Below, in pieces: positions 28,843-43,185 of a stretch of 64,000 bases of DNA; the first letter of the stretch is position 1, and each line of letters opens with the position of its first letter. The DNA is taken from NCBI GenBank assembly GCA_951406725.2, contig OX597834.1, forward strand, positions 14,260,001-14,324,000, given 5' to 3'. This DNA comes from Octopus vulgaris. Taxonomy: Eukaryota. A program made the position numbers and the translations under genes. The notes below the pieces were generated by a model. The model was not told the DNA's origin. It worked only from the letters and a program-made list of their open reading frames with translations, and did no database searches.

Positions 28843-29007
28843 CACACACATATATATATATAGAGTAGTAGTAATAGTAGTAACAGAAAAGAGGAATTTC
28901 GAATATCACCACGTGGTGAGTTGTAATATATATAAGAAATTAAAAAAAGGAAAATATGCTTATATTAAAACTATGTAATTTTGCGTATTTTCCTTTTTTT
29001 AATTTCT

Positions 29008-29060
<53 letters not shown>

Positions 29061-29089
29061 ATACTTGTATATATACGCTCTTCGACAGA

Positions 29090-29325
29090 AATGGTTGAGA
29101 GGCAGACAGACAGAGAAATGTATCTTTGTGTCTGTGCTCGTCTCCCGCCAGCGCCTGAAACCTGGTGTTTGTGTGCTTACGTCCTCGTAATGTAGGGTTT
29201 TGGCAAAAGTGTCGGATAGAGTAAATACGAAGGTTACCAAAAAGAAAACCCACTCGTATCGATTGAGTTCTTCTAGGCATTGCTCCAGCATGAGCACAGG
29301 TAAATGATTGAAGCAAGTAAAAAAA
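29090..29325 (+). mobile_element. Family O SINE 3' half, diverged
   Basis: TGGCAAAAGTGTCGGATAGAGTAAATAC...TGCTCCAGCATG...AAATGATTGAAGCAAGTAAAA. Confidence 0.6.
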
Positions 29326-29349
29326 GAGAGGGAATTAAAAATGCAATAA

Positions 29350-29540
29350 TACGTCAAAACTGACATGCCATTAAGGAAAAGGGAAAATTTCTTGTCTGGA
29401 GATATAAAGACATTCGTGAGCACGTGCTTCACTCTGAATAACCACCAAGGACGATTTGCGGTCTACTCGCTCAATACACTGAAATAAAACCAAAAATGGC
29501 CGCCCCTTAATGGCATTCATGAGCGCAACAGTTTGACGTA
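29350..29540. mobile_element. Small MITE-like element with TA ends
   Basis: TACGTCAAAACTG / CAGTTTGACGTA, plus an inner TGCCATTAAGG / CCTTAATGGCA inverted pair. Confidence 0.45.
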
Positions 29541-29926
29541 AGCTCACATAATAATATAACAAACAAAAATGGACGAGGTGCGTGTCAGACAATTTAGTCA
29601 GCAATCGTAATATTATATTGCCTGTTCTGTTATAATTTTGACGATGTAAAATGCTTTAAGCCATTTACATACTTATATCGTTATATTGCAAAAAACAAAC
29701 GTAAATATTATGGTGTCAATAAACAGCTAATATTTCATGTTTTGTGTTACATATATACTTTTGTTTCACTTATGTATTTTCATTTTATTAAATCTGCTTT
29801 TGGCGTCTGTATTCCTTCATTATCTGACTTTTCATTTATATGGTTACACATTAAAACTCATGCACGCACAAAACTTTATATATACGTACTTATATATGTG
29901 TATACATTTACGTACGTGTAGTATAT

Positions 29927-29964
<38 letters not shown>

Positions 29965-30066
29965 GAGATGTTTATGTACGTATATCACTTCCTAAAGAGA
30001 CAGATATGTATGCATACGTAAGTGGGCGCAGGTGGATATACATACACGCACACACACACACACACG

Positions 30067-30099
<33 letters not shown>

Positions 30100-30190
30100 G
30101 CATATATATATATACGTGTGTGTATGTATATATATATATATAAATAAACATATATGTGTCTGTATATATGAATATATGTATGTATATATG

Positions 30191-30246
<56 letters not shown>

Positions 30247-30285
30247 TACTCATATCTATATATATATCTATCGATCTCTCTCACG

Positions 30286-30324
<39 letters not shown>

Positions 30325-30325
30325 A

Positions 30326-30373
<48 letters not shown>

Positions 30374-31132
30374 CATATATAAATATATATATATATATAT
30401 ATTTGTAATGTTTTTGAAACTCAATACGGGAACTACAATAACTATTTCTACGTGTGCAAAAGAATATGCGCAATATCAAACATGATGCCGGCCACTGGTA
30501 CGATACACGAAACCAACACAGCCGCAAACACATACATGTAAACCTATGTAATTTTCACGTACATGTTTCGTTTACTTGTATACACACAAACACCCTCACA
30601 CACATAGACAATCAAAGACACATATATATACATATGATATGATATTTCCATAATATACATATGTGTGTAAGTATGTATCTTTGTAGGAATATCGAACGTC
30701 TGTGCGTGTCTGTGCAAATGTATATTCATAAACAATTATAACTTTGATATTCACTTTACAAAATTCCCCCTTCAACTATTTATGTACTTTAACAATTCCA
30801 ACGATTTGCAATTTCATAGCGTAGAGATTATGTTTTTATATATTTCATATTTATGTTCATATTTATTTTTATTGAAATGTGTTCTCATTTTCATAAAATG
30901 AATACATGTAATTTTCATGTTATAACGCTGCAAATGCCGAAGAAAAAAACAATATAAATCAAAGCGAAACAAATAAAATATCAAAAACTAATAATGTTTT
31001 TAAAAAAAGCAATTTGTTGGAGATTGCTTCGATTATATTGAAGCATTTACTGTGTTCTTCGGTTTCATATCTGACACTGACACACACACAGACACACACA
31101 CACACACACACACACCCACACACACACATACA

Positions 31133-31175
<43 letters not shown>

Positions 31176-31508
31176 ACACACACACATACACACAACACAC
31201 ACAAACGCATACACACGCACACATGCACGCATAAACACACACACACACATACACACACATAGCAGCAGGTCCAATCCCACTTCATGGCATCTTCGGCAAG
31301 CGTCTCGTACTGAAGCTACGAGCCGTAGAAATGATTGTGAGTGAATTGTAGACAAGCCTTTTTTTCTCTCGAGGACTTGTATGTCCCTTTATTAGACTAT
31401 TCTCCTTAGTCATTCCACGCTGGTCGCCACAAGCCTTAGGCTTATATAAAAATATTATTATTTTTATTTACATGTCACTGTATAAAAAAAACCATTTGCA
31501 CCGATGTA

Positions 31509-31537
<29 letters not shown>

Positions 31538-31539
<2 letters not shown>

Positions 31540-31738
31540 CTTTTACTTGTTTCAGTCATTTGACTGCGGCCATGCTGGAGCACCGCCTTTAGTCAAGCAA
31601 ATCGACCCCGAGACTGATTTTTGTAAGCTTAGTACTTATTCTATCGGTCTCTTTTTGCCGAACCGCTAAGTGACGGGGACGTAAACACACCAGCATCGGT
31701 TGTCAAGCAATGCTAGGGGGACAAACACAGACACACAA

Positions 31739-31805
<67 letters not shown>

Positions 31806-31970
31806 TATGACGGGCTTCTTTCAGTTTCCATCTACCAAATCCACTCACAGGGCATTGGTCGGCCCGGGGCTATAGCAGAAGACACTTGCCCAAGATGTCA
31901 AGCAATGGGATGAACCCAGAACCATGTGGTTGGTTAGCAAGCTACTTACTACACAGACGCAACTACTCCT
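31538..31970 (-). mobile_element. Family O SINE
   Basis: Near full-length reverse complement of the 34537 copy, with internal (TA)n. Confidence 0.9.
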
Positions 31971-32028
31971 ATATATACACACAGAGATCCACATATATAC
32001 ATATCTATCTAACTGTCTAGCTATCTAT

Positions 32029-32115
<87 letters not shown>

Positions 32116-32281
32116 TAAATAAATGGTACAACGATGTACCGATATTTACTGGAAATAGCGAACGTAATAAATACGACGCTAATGTATAGCTTCACTGCTA
32201 TATTTACTTTTATGTATAATTTTACCCTCACGGGCTATTCTTTACTGGAAAGCAATACTCCCGTATTGCATTACTATTTTC

Positions 32282-32313
<32 letters not shown>

Positions 32314-32664
32314 ATATATATATAAATCTCTGTTGATTAACTGGTAGAGATAATTTACAGAGCTGTACATCCCTATAGCGTTTTGTTAATATAACATAAT
32401 TGAAACTCTCCGTTATTCACTGTTCAGAACTACAAGTTACCTGTTATCAGCTGGATGGGAATACTGTTCTAGTTTGCTTCTGAAATATCCTCTATCTGAA
32501 TAGGTTTTGAAGTATGAAATGAAAGTTTGAAGAAAATACTTATCCTGATATACAGTTGTTCAAAATCCTGTGTGAATGACACTTGCAAAAATGGCTGCAC
32601 CTAACTGATGGTTTTGATTACATGTCTGCTTCTCGTGGTTAATGTTATTATAAACGTCTACATA

Positions 32665-32835
32665 GGCGCATGAGTGGCTGTGTGGTAAGTAGCTTGCTAA
32701 CCAACCACATGGTTTTGGGTTCAATCCCACTGCGTGGCATCTTGGGCAAGTGTTTTCTGCTATAGCCCCGGGCCGACCAATGCCTTGTGAGTGGATTTGG
32801 TAGACGGAAACTGAAAGAAGCCTGTCGTATATATG

Positions 32836-32866
<31 letters not shown>

Positions 32867-33086
32867 TTGTGTGTCTGTGTTTGTCCCCCTAGCATTGCTT
32901 GAGAACCGATGCTGGTGTGTGTTTACGTGTCCGTCACTTAGCGGTTCGGCAAAAGAGACCGATAGAATAAGTACTGGGCTTACAAAGAATAAGTCCCGGG
33001 GTCGATTTGCTTGACTAAAGGCGGTGCTCCAGCATGGCCGCAGTCAAATGACTGAAACAAGTAAAAGAGTAAAAGAGAAAAAGAGT
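32665..33086 (+). mobile_element. Family O SINE
   Basis: GGCGCATGAGTGGCTGTGTGGTAAG, B box GGTTCAATCCC, tail GACTGAAACAAG(TAAAAGAG)n. Confidence 0.9.
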
Positions 33087-33489
33087 ACATACGAGCAAAG
33101 TTATAAAACTGCATTTCTGTCTCAGCAATATTCTGAAGTAATAAATTTTAAGTAATTCTTTTAATTAATGTTTTTAAAAATAATGAGTGTCTTAGCGTCT
33201 GAGCAACTGTCCAAAGTAATGCTTTGAAGTACAACATTTAATTAATGTCTTTAAAAGCAATTAGTGTATATGTGTGTGTGTGTGTTTCGATTTTGCATAC
33301 CTGTACAAACGCATATATATACACATGATCACACCACACACGCACACGTCTTCACTGAATTATATATTAATGTATACATATACATATAGTTGCATATATT
33401 TCATATAACTACACATAGATACGCGTGCACGCATATTGAGACATACCTCAATAAAATATATCAATTAAACATTTGGAAAAAAAAACAAT

Positions 33490-33597
33490 TTGAACACAGA
33501 ACGTAACGGCAGACGAAATACCTATTTCTTTACTACCCACAAGGGGCTAAACACAGAGAGGACAAACAATGACACAGAGAGGACAAACAAGGACAGA
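33490..33597 (-). mobile_element. Family B SINE unit-junction fragment
   Basis: AGAACGTAACGGCAGACGAAATACCTATTTCTTTACTACCCACAAGGGGCTAAAC. Confidence 0.75.
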
Positions 33598-33829
33598 ACC
33601 AGAACAAAATTGAAGGAGTCTAGTAAAAGTATAAACGATATTGAGACGTGTGCATACTTGACGATCGAGTCGTTTTGTTCAAGCAATTATTACCTTCAGT
33701 TAAGTTTTTCAAATTTTCCCTCCATACAAAGCTCTTGCCCAATTTTTGATTTGAATCTCCCATTTCTATATGGTTGCGCACTATCTACAATAGAGCAGAT
33801 AATGTTCAAATTTCAGTTAATATAGAGAG

Positions 33830-33919
33830 AATACCAAACTCATTCCCTATGGATACCGTATTTATTACAAGCCACGATTTGTAATAAATACGGTATCCAT
33901 AGGGAATGAGTTTGGTATT
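33830..33919. repeat. Perfect 41-bp inverted repeat with 8-nt loop
   Basis: AATACCAAACTCATTCCCTATGGATACCGTATTTATTACAA-gccacgat-exact reverse complement. Confidence 0.95.
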
Positions 33920-34015
33920 TTATTTATTACACACGAATAAACGACCATATTTTATTAACCCAATAACTAAATTCTTCACGTTTAGCTGTAACTTATGAAT
34001 GACAAAAGTAGTGCC

Positions 34016-34119
34016 GTCACCGTGACCTCAAGTCATCACCATGGATTGACCAATCAGAAGCAGCGCTGTCACCGTGACCTCGGGTCATCACCATGGATTG
34101 ACCAATCAGAAGCAGCGCT
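34016..34119 (+). repeat. Tandem duplication, 2 x 52 bp
   Basis: GTCACCGTGACCTCrrGTCATCACCATGGATTGACCAATCAGAAGCAGCGCT twice. Confidence 0.9.
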
Positions 34120-34536
34120 CGCAGTATCTGACATATGTTAGATACCAAAAATATCTCAAAGTGTTCTCCCTCACATTTGTGTAATAATTTCGTGTTTGTA
34201 TCATGAAAGATGTATATGATAAACAAATATAATCCAAATGGACATATAATATATACGTACACAAACGCACACAAACACACAGTGGCAGATACATATATAA
34301 GACAGGTATAAGTAATACATAAAAATGCACAATGCATACTTATATATAAATATACATGTGTGTGTTTGTGTGCGCGTGTGTGTGTATGTGTGTGTGTATG
34401 TGTGTGTGCGTGGCAGTGTGTGTATGTTTATGAATGTTCTCCTAGATTCTATTGTATCACTTTCCTTTGGTAGCTTTGGTGGTTCATCACACGGGTACGA
34501 AAGATTGTAAACTTCATGAATATTCACTCACAAACA

Positions 34537-34950
34537 GGCGCATGAGTGGCTGTGTGGTAAGTAGCTTGCTAACCAACCACATGGTTCCGGGTTCAGTCCC
34601 ACTGCGTGGCATCTTGGGCAAGTGTCTTCTGCTATAGCCCCGGGCCGACCAATGCCTTGTGAGTGGATTTGGTAGACGGAAACTGAAAGAAGACTGCCGA
34701 ATATATGTATATGTATATATATGTATGTGTGTGTTTGTGTGTCTGTGTTTGTCTCCCTAGCATTGCTTGACATCCGATGCTGGTGTGTTTACGTCCCCGT
34801 CACTTAGCGGTTCGGCAAAAAGAGACCGATAGAATAAGTACTGGTCTTACAAAGAATAAGTCCCGGGGTCGATTTGCTCGACTGAAGGCGGTGCTCCAGC
34901 ATGGCCGCAGTCAAATGACTGAAACAAGTAATAGAGTAAAAGAGAGTAAA
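34537..34950 (+). mobile_element. Family O SINE
   Basis: Full length: A/B boxes, central (TG/TA)n, TAAAAGAG tail. Confidence 0.92.
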
Positions 34951-35240
34951 CATTTTACATATTTTTATGCTTGAACTGGGTAAGTATTGCTCTGCAATAT
35001 TTGTTTCGCCTTATAACTTTGACAAGGAATTTGTTACATCGCAATAATACACAGTGGCTGGGTGAGCTACGAAATCCTCGTCGCCACTGTTGAATCGCAC
35101 GTTCCGATGACCTCTCCTCAACTCCCGACGTCTAGTCCTCTCCCTCTATATCTACGTATTGGGCTAGCATACTTCATCCTCTGGGAGCGTCCACACAACA
35201 GAATTCAAATCTCAGCAGACAACTTCTTAATCAATTCTCC

Positions 35241-35661
35241 TTTTACTCTTTTACTCTTTTACTTGTTTCAGTCATTTTGATTGCGGCCATGCTGGAGCAC
35301 CGCTTTTTAGTCGAGCAGATCGACCCCGGGACTTATTCTTTGTAAGCCTAGTACTTATTCTATCGGCCTCTTTTTGCCGAACCGCTAAGTGACGGGGACG
35401 TAAACACACCAGCATCGGTTGTCAAGCAATGCTAGGGTGACAAACACAGACACACAAACACACACACACATACATACATATATATATATACATATATACG
35501 ACAGGCTTCTTTCAGATTCCGTCTACCAAATCCACTCACAAGGCATTGGTCGGCCCGAGGCTATAGCAGAAGACACTTGCCCAAGATGCCATGCAGTGGG
35601 ACTGAACCCGGAACCATGTGGTTGGTTAGCAAGCTACTTACCATACAGCCACTCCTGCGCC
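35241..35661 (-). mobile_element. Family O SINE
   Basis: Full length, inverted relative to the 34537 copy. Confidence 0.92.
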
Positions 35662-35758
35662 TTTTCTTCACTAAAGTATATTATGTTGAGATATATCTGA
35701 TTCAGTTTGGTATGTCTTCTTTTCTTTCCATTTCCGCAGTTAGACTCAATCGGGAAAT

Positions 35759-35949
35759 TTATTTTCCATCATTTGTCTCTGTTTCCTTGGATATTGGGAG
35801 TGCAAGTTTCGTTAAGTTGAATCTATTTGCTTCATTATGGTTTTCATTCATATTTGGTTGCATTTCATTATTTATTATTGCTTTGGTTTGTTCAAAAGAG
35901 TCATTCTCAGGAGCGCCTCCCGGCGAAGAAGTCATTGCATCTTTACTTG
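35759..35949 (-). CDS. Putative terminal coding exon (xSKDAMTSSPGGAPENDSFEQTK...KETETNDGK*)
   Basis: Acceptor TTATCTTTTAACAG, phase 1, 62 sense codons of polar non-repetitive sequence, then TAA. Confidence 0.5.
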
Positions 35950-36239
35950 CTGTTAAAAGATAATTAAACTGGAATGAAACTGTTTCAGGTAAAAAAAAAA
36001 AAAAAAAAAACAGAGAACATCTCGTTGTGTAACCACAGCCAGAAATTCATATTACAAAATAAGAATTGAATATCTTGCGTGAATTAAAATCGAAATGAAA
36101 ATTATTAGCAGTTTCTCTTCGAAATTTTCACGCAAGTTGAGAGAAAATGTTTTATTGTGTAACTGCTTTTAGCAAAAATTATAATAATAATAATAATAAT
36201 AGCAAAAATAATGACGTGGAAGAGGAAATAACATTGGCC

Positions 36240-36610
36240 TCAAATTTGGCACGAGGCCGGTAATTTCGAGAAGGTCGATACATTGACCCTTGTGTACAAT
36301 CAGTACTTATTTTATTGACAGCAAAATGTTGAAAAAGAAAAGTTTACCTCGGCAGAATTTGAAGTCAGAATGTAATGGCGGATGAAATGCCGCTAAACAT
36401 TTTGCTTGGCACGGTAACGGTTCTATTGGCTCGCCGCCCGATTAGAGGAAAATAATATTAAATACAGCAATCAAATTCCACGGAGGTAGATTTTGACTTT
36501 CATGCTTTCAGGGTCGATAAAATAAGTACAATTTCAACACTGGGATCGAGATAATCGATTTGACACTTTCACCGAAATTGCTGGCCTTGTGCCAAAGTTT
36601 GCAAGCAGAA
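36240..36610. mobile_element. Two degenerate family B SINEs in opposite orientation
   Basis: Minus copy about 36240-36438 (CTCGGCAGAATTTGAAGTCAGAA...GCTCGCCGCC); plus copy about 36470-36605. Confidence 0.6.
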
Positions 36611-37130
36611 TTAAATATAGTAATTTAGAACGAGAAACATAAAAAACTGGAGATCGATTACAACAAAGACAATGATTATTTAAAATAGTTTCACCCGCTG
36701 GAACGCAAGAGTATACAGTACATCAAAATTACGAGGGAGAGTTAAGTCTGATGTTTTTAAAGGAGAGAAAGTGAAAACAAAATCTTTAGAAAGTTTACGA
36801 AGAAATTTGATTTGAAAATATGTGTGATAAAATTCATGAACAAAATACGCATTTAATCGTTATTTTAAAATGGCAGAAAGGGTTACATTGCATCTACCTT
36901 ATACCGCTATAAACATAAAAGAAAACAAATTATATCGGTATATAGACATGTACATGAATACATTCATGCATACATACAGACCTACACAACATATATATGC
37001 AACTTTGAATGTTTATATTGCGTACGTTTGCATTTGTATTTCTAATCTATATATAAGTATTTGAGTATATATATGGTGTTTGTGCATAAATATAAATAAA
37101 TAAATATATATAAATACATATATATGCATA

Positions 37131-37184
<54 letters not shown>

Positions 37185-37412
37185 TATAAATGTATAGAGA
37201 GAGACAGCTTCAGACACCTTGTTAACTACTAGGCGAGACAAGCAATCTATGCACACGCACACACATGCACTTACACGTACACACTTACACAAACACGCAA
37301 ACACATACACACACACGTCCGTATGTACGTATTCATATCTATCTATCCATCTGTATATATATATATAATTATATATATTTATATACACACATACATATAT
37401 ATATATATATTC

Positions 37413-37482
<70 letters not shown>

Positions 37483-37509
37483 ATATAGATATAGATATTT
37501 ACATATATA

Positions 37510-37543
<34 letters not shown>

Positions 37544-38261
37544 GATATGTACTGTTTATCGAAGTTAAAATTGACTAAGGTAATTGACTGCTCTGAGCGA
37601 AAATGGGAGATACATTTGCAAAAGTAAACGTAGCAGAATTTCAAATTTGATACGAAAATTACATATAAGAATTGTCGAAGGCAAAAACCTACGTTTGCCA
37701 AATAATTACAAACACACACAGATATCAATTTATTCCGTGTGTAAGTTCGTATAGAAGGAAGAAAAAAATATATATAAATAGTTATTTCGAAACGTCTTTG
37801 CTATCCACAACGTACCACAAACTTAATTTCACAATGAATATATTGATGTTTGATAGTTTTTCGACGTATATTTACGTTTACGAATGATAAATATGCTAGC
37901 TTAAAGGTAGTTACAAAGGAAGGAATATTGTTTTATGCATACATACATACATATATACACACATACGTAAGTGAGTATGAGTGGTTGTTTCGATACATAA
38001 ATACATACATACATATTTACGTACGTTCTACTACTTTTAGAAAAATATTTGTGTTAATGTGTTCCATAGAAATATATAACAAGTAAGATTTCAACGGATA
38101 CAGTCAGCATCCATTCGCTCGTTTTTGTAATGTTTTGTAATGTTTTTTATTTAATTTTTTTTATATAAAATATTCCATGCGCAGTGGACTATATGCTACT
38201 GAAAAGGAGACTGCATTTTTAGCCATCTCTCTCCCTCTCTCACTTCCTGTCTGTCTGTCTC

Positions 38262-38302
<41 letters not shown>

Positions 38303-38361
38303 GTATCTATCTATCTATCTATCTGTGTGTGTATATGTGTGTCAGATTGCGTATGTGTATG

Positions 38362-38654
<293 letters not shown>

Positions 38655-38694
38655 GCATGTACATATGAATGTACATATATATGTATGTATGTAA

Positions 38695-39400
38695 CTTCTT
38701 TACGCAGACGATTTAGCACCCACCGAATCTGCCATACAGCACATTTTGATCCTTTCACAATTTCATGTAAAGTATTTCGTCATATAATCAACCTTACTAA
38801 AAACCAAAGCACTGCTTACACCTGCTCCAGGGGAATATTATATTGAATCCAAAATAACTTCTTCTCATCCAGAGAGCTTCCGGTGCTTCCGAAAAAATTG
38901 GATAAGAGAATTCCATTTGATCGCGACATAACTATCAATACCAGCAGCTTTGTGCATACAACGTGCGTGTTTACTGCTCTCTCGTACTTTTCCAAAACCT
39001 GGACGATAAACTTTGAACATATTATAATGCTTGAGCCTTTTTAGCAGAAGTGTCCAAGAAGTGTATTCGACATTAAATGGCAAAAGAGAACACCGGACAT
39101 TGATGTCCTTGTCAGGCCGCAGTGCCCAATCATTCTTAGAGTTTGTTAGAACATCTCAAATGCGATGGACATGACACATCAACCGTATGGAAGGTGGCAG
39201 TAACTCATAGAAAAGTGTTTACTGGTGAGCTACAGCGAGGAAAATATCATTAACACAAACAGAAAATGAGGTACAAAGACAGCAAAGAACAAACTCAAAG
39301 TCCTGGCGTTTGATATCAAAAGAGATGACTGTAAATGAGTTCGAGTGGAGAAAGCTTATAAAAACTGTTTCAAAAATTTCAAAGTATTCCATCTGGAACA
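38695..39400 (+). pseudogene. RTE-clade LINE RT/thumb fragment, degenerate
   Basis: LLYADDLA..ESAIQ, then KTWT...IKWQKR...QMRW.HINRM...GEL..G...RYKD, with stops and frameshifts. Confidence 0.75.
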
Positions 39401-39540
39401 TGAAAACCTCAAGAGCGAACATCAGAAAGGTGGTGTTCACATTCTCACTAAAATATCAATATCTGGATATGCGGATCCTGTCAACGAGGTATCCTCTTGA
39501 AGTCTGGTTACGTTTACTACATATATATTAATTCAAGGGA

Positions 39541-39930
39541 GTGGAGGCACAATGGCCCAGTGGTTAGGGCAGCGGACTCGTGGTCATAGGATCGTGGTTT
39601 CGATTCCCAGACCGGGCGTTGTCAGTGTTTATTGAGCGAAAACACCTAAAGCTCCACGACGCTCCGGCAGGGGATGGTGGTGATCCCTGCTGTACTCTTT
39701 CACCACAACTTTCTCTCACTCTTACTTCCTGTTTCTGTTGTACCTGTATTTCAAAGGGCTGGCCTTGTCACATTCTGTGTGTCACGCTGAATATCCCCGA
39801 GAACTACGTTAAGGGTACACGTGTCTGTGGAGTGCTCAGCCACTTACACGTTAATTTCACGAGCAGGCTGATCGTTCCGTTGTTTCGGATCAACCGGAAC
39901 CCACGTCGTCGTAACCGACGGAGTGCTTCC
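39541..39930 (+). mobile_element. tRNA-derived SINE type A, full length
   Basis: GTGGAGGCACAATGGCCCAGTGGTTAGGGCAGCGG...GGTTTCGATTCCC; tail CGTCGTAACCGACGGAGTGC. Confidence 0.85.
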
Positions 39931-40902
39931 AGCCATACACAGGAATCACGTAGACTTGAGCCGTATCGATATCCGTTGTATGTGTTTAAACTCTTGTTGT
40001 ATTGTACGTTCATTGTTATTTCATGAAACGTACCGCTTCGATAAATAATAAGTTACAAAATGGAAGAAACGCAAGGAATGATATGTTCGGTAAACCCCTT
40101 GAAGACGATATACCATTACGAATACATTGCAAAGATTGAAAGTATATTTATTAAGTGTTCATATCTATACGGTTGTGAATGATATCAATGATATCAATAT
40201 GGCTTATGTTGTTTACTTGCTTGCATCGACAACACATATTCTTCAACTGAACACAATATTTCTTAATTAAAAAGGAAGGGTTGTTTCAATGTAAAATTTC
40301 AGTATGGCAAATCAGTTTGATATTCTAAAACATGCTCTCTGTTTTCAGCTGTTTATCTAGTCAGGTTCAATACAATTTGTTTTATTTGTCTCACTAATAA
40401 ATAAGAAGAAAAACTGCGACGTTTCCATCAATGGATGTCTGATTAAGAATTAACGAGACTGTTTTCACATTAGAATTTAAAAGAAAAATACAGAAATGTA
40501 TTTTTGTAAATAGTTTGCCTGACAAAATCGATTTATGTAAAATTCATTATGTGTAACAAAGAAAATATTGGTTACTTTTTACTGTATTTCCATAACGTAA
40601 ACACGAGCGATGCTACGTTTTATTTTGAAAAATCTTTAATTAACTTACATTTTTCTGACATATTTTCTGTAAAGCATAAAGAAGCTGTTTGAATTTTAAG
40701 CACTGTTAGATAAAGAAGCAGAATATATATTCATGTTTACAGGATCTTGTCGAAATATATGCAGTTTTACGTATAGTGTTTTACAATTTTTTTGCCTTAT
40801 AGGAGTTTAAGTTTAGCATTTTCATTGATAAGCATACGCCATGTACATGAGAGGAACAAAAATATGAACTGATAATGTGTTTGTTTCAGAAAAAAAATAC
40901 AC

Positions 40903-40975
40903 ATCTGAGCAAACGAAGCGCAGAGAAGCCAAATGGTGAATACGTACTCAATGAATATATCAAAGGAGCAGAAAT
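40903..40975 (-). CDS. Putative internal exon (ISAPLIYSLSTYSPFGFSALRLLR)
   Basis: Acceptor TTTCCATAG after an 80-nt intron; phase 0 to phase 1 (weak donor GTGTAT); joins the 35949 exon in frame. Confidence 0.35.
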
Positions 40976-41055
40976 CTATGGAAACTGTTGAAATAATGGA
41001 TTATACAAACAGAATATAAACTTAAAACAAGCGTATACGATCTTAATTTACATAC

Positions 41056-41182
41056 ATATGACAAAATTATGGCAGCGTATTTAAATAGGATGAATTGGGA
41101 GGGTAAACACTGCCAACCATAATCAATTCCGTACATAAATATTATGGTGGGGAGAAGAACTACCATACCACGTATTGTCATT
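41056..41182 (-). CDS. Putative GPCR TM6-TM7 exon, adhesion/secretin-like (MTIRGMVVLLPTIIFMYGIDYGWQCLPSQFILFKYAAIILSY)
   Basis: Acceptor CATTTTAG, donor GTATGT, 127 nt, phase 2 to 0. Two hydrophobic segments with VLLP and F.Y..IL, like 7tm_2 TM6/TM7. Confidence 0.45.
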
Positions 41183-41528
41183 CTAAAATGGTGGCTCGAG
41201 TTAAAAAAAAAAATTGCGCACATTACACATCATACATTCACTTACGCCGCTTCATTTACGACGATATGTAAATGTTATTATGTGTAAGCATTATGCTTGC
41301 GCTTACACACACACACACATACTCATACACACATATATGTATTTGGACATACATATGTGTATGTGAGTAGGCGTTTTATGTACATTTAATGTATATATAT
41401 TTTTTCAAATATACTTAACTGTGCCAATATATATGCATGTATATATGTATACATACGTCTGTAAATAAATAAATATATATGAATATATATATAGATTTTT
41501 ATATATGTATATATAAATATATACAAGT

Positions 41529-41573
<45 letters not shown>

Positions 41574-41705
41574 GTAGTGATACAAATATGAAGGTCTGAA
41601 AATTACATAAAAGCACACCATACATTCCCACACACTTTTGCATGTAGCAATATGTGTATACACTCACATGCATAGATATGTGTGTGTGTTCGTCTGTATT
41701 TATGC

Positions 41706-41743
<38 letters not shown>

Positions 41744-41781
41744 CACTCACACACGCACACACACACACACACACACACACG

Positions 41782-41815
<34 letters not shown>

Positions 41816-41873
41816 CGCTGTTATAAATGGACATACCGATTGGCAGAGACAGAGAGAAACAGAGAGAGGTCGG

Positions 41874-41993
<120 letters not shown>

Positions 41994-42621
41994 GTAGATA
42001 ATTTCATATATACATACGCAAAGATTCATTTTTATATAAGCAACTAGACTTGGAAAATATTGAATATTAATAGATGTTATTTTATTTTAAAAATCTCCAA
42101 TAATATTTTTTCGATTGTTTACTAGATTAAAATTCACATAATTTTACTGAAAATTTCATATATCGAATCGAATAAACAACAATTTTTTTGCAAAAAAAGT
42201 GTAGTATGCATCTAAATTGGATTCATACTTTATAATTATTTATAGCTCTTAGAATAAATTGTCAAGTATAATTTCATATGTCTATGCGAATCAAGTGAAA
42301 TTGTGTGCAATTTGTATACATCTGTTTATGAAATATGTGTATGATTTCCTAAATAAGATGTTTCTTCACCTTCAACAAATAGAGTTGCCGTGCTTTATAT
42401 TTGAGCTGATGTAAATAAATAAGTTATATTAAACTTAATGTCTCGACTTCAATAACGGTGGTACAACATGTGTCGTAAATGTTTTGTACAACACAGCATA
42501 TGTGGAAGCCATTGCTGTAGAAGAGAATGTCTACGACGCTGCATGACTCTTTAACTGGAATTCCCCCACAAAAGATTTATAAAACTATAATAAAATTTAG
42601 TCACATATAAATGTATGTCCT

Positions 42622-42655
<34 letters not shown>

Positions 42656-42780
42656 CATATGTATATTTATATATATAGACAAGTACCCATACATACATAA
42701 ACATATACTCAATTACACAGACACACACACAAACATATATATATATGTATATATATATATATATGTATATTTATATATAC

Positions 42781-42892
<112 letters not shown>

Positions 42893-43185
42893 GTGGGGGA
42901 TAAGCCCATACACAAGACATACACATGCGTGTGTGTATGTGTGTGTGTATCATTATTCAGTTTTATTTCACGATTTTTTTGTGAATAGAGAAAGAGTCGG
43001 TCTCTAAATTCGATTCAAGACTCCTTTACTGGACTTTCAGCATCAACAGAGTATGTATGTATGCATACGTGCAGCCTCGTATGTTTCGTATTAGATATTT
43101 AGACAGACTCATATATACTGAAACGATAAACTTCTGGAAAATTTTACAGATATTTACAGTTCCATTTGAAATGTAATCTGGGAAT

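Noticed and set aside
35577-35963. 128-aa hydrophobic plus-strand ORF
   Set aside because: It begins in a SINE and is the antisense shadow of the better-supported minus-strand exon.
36899-36907. 9-nt micro-exon behind a strong minus-strand acceptor
   Set aside because: Too short to distinguish from chance without RNA data.
39541-39620. tRNA gene
   Set aside because: The A/B boxes continue into a SINE body shared with 1010-1312, so this is a SINE head.
42435-42515. Candidate exon upstream of the TM6 exon (MASTYAVLYKTF...)
   Set aside because: The phase fits, but the donor GTCGAG is poor and the peptide is unconvincing.
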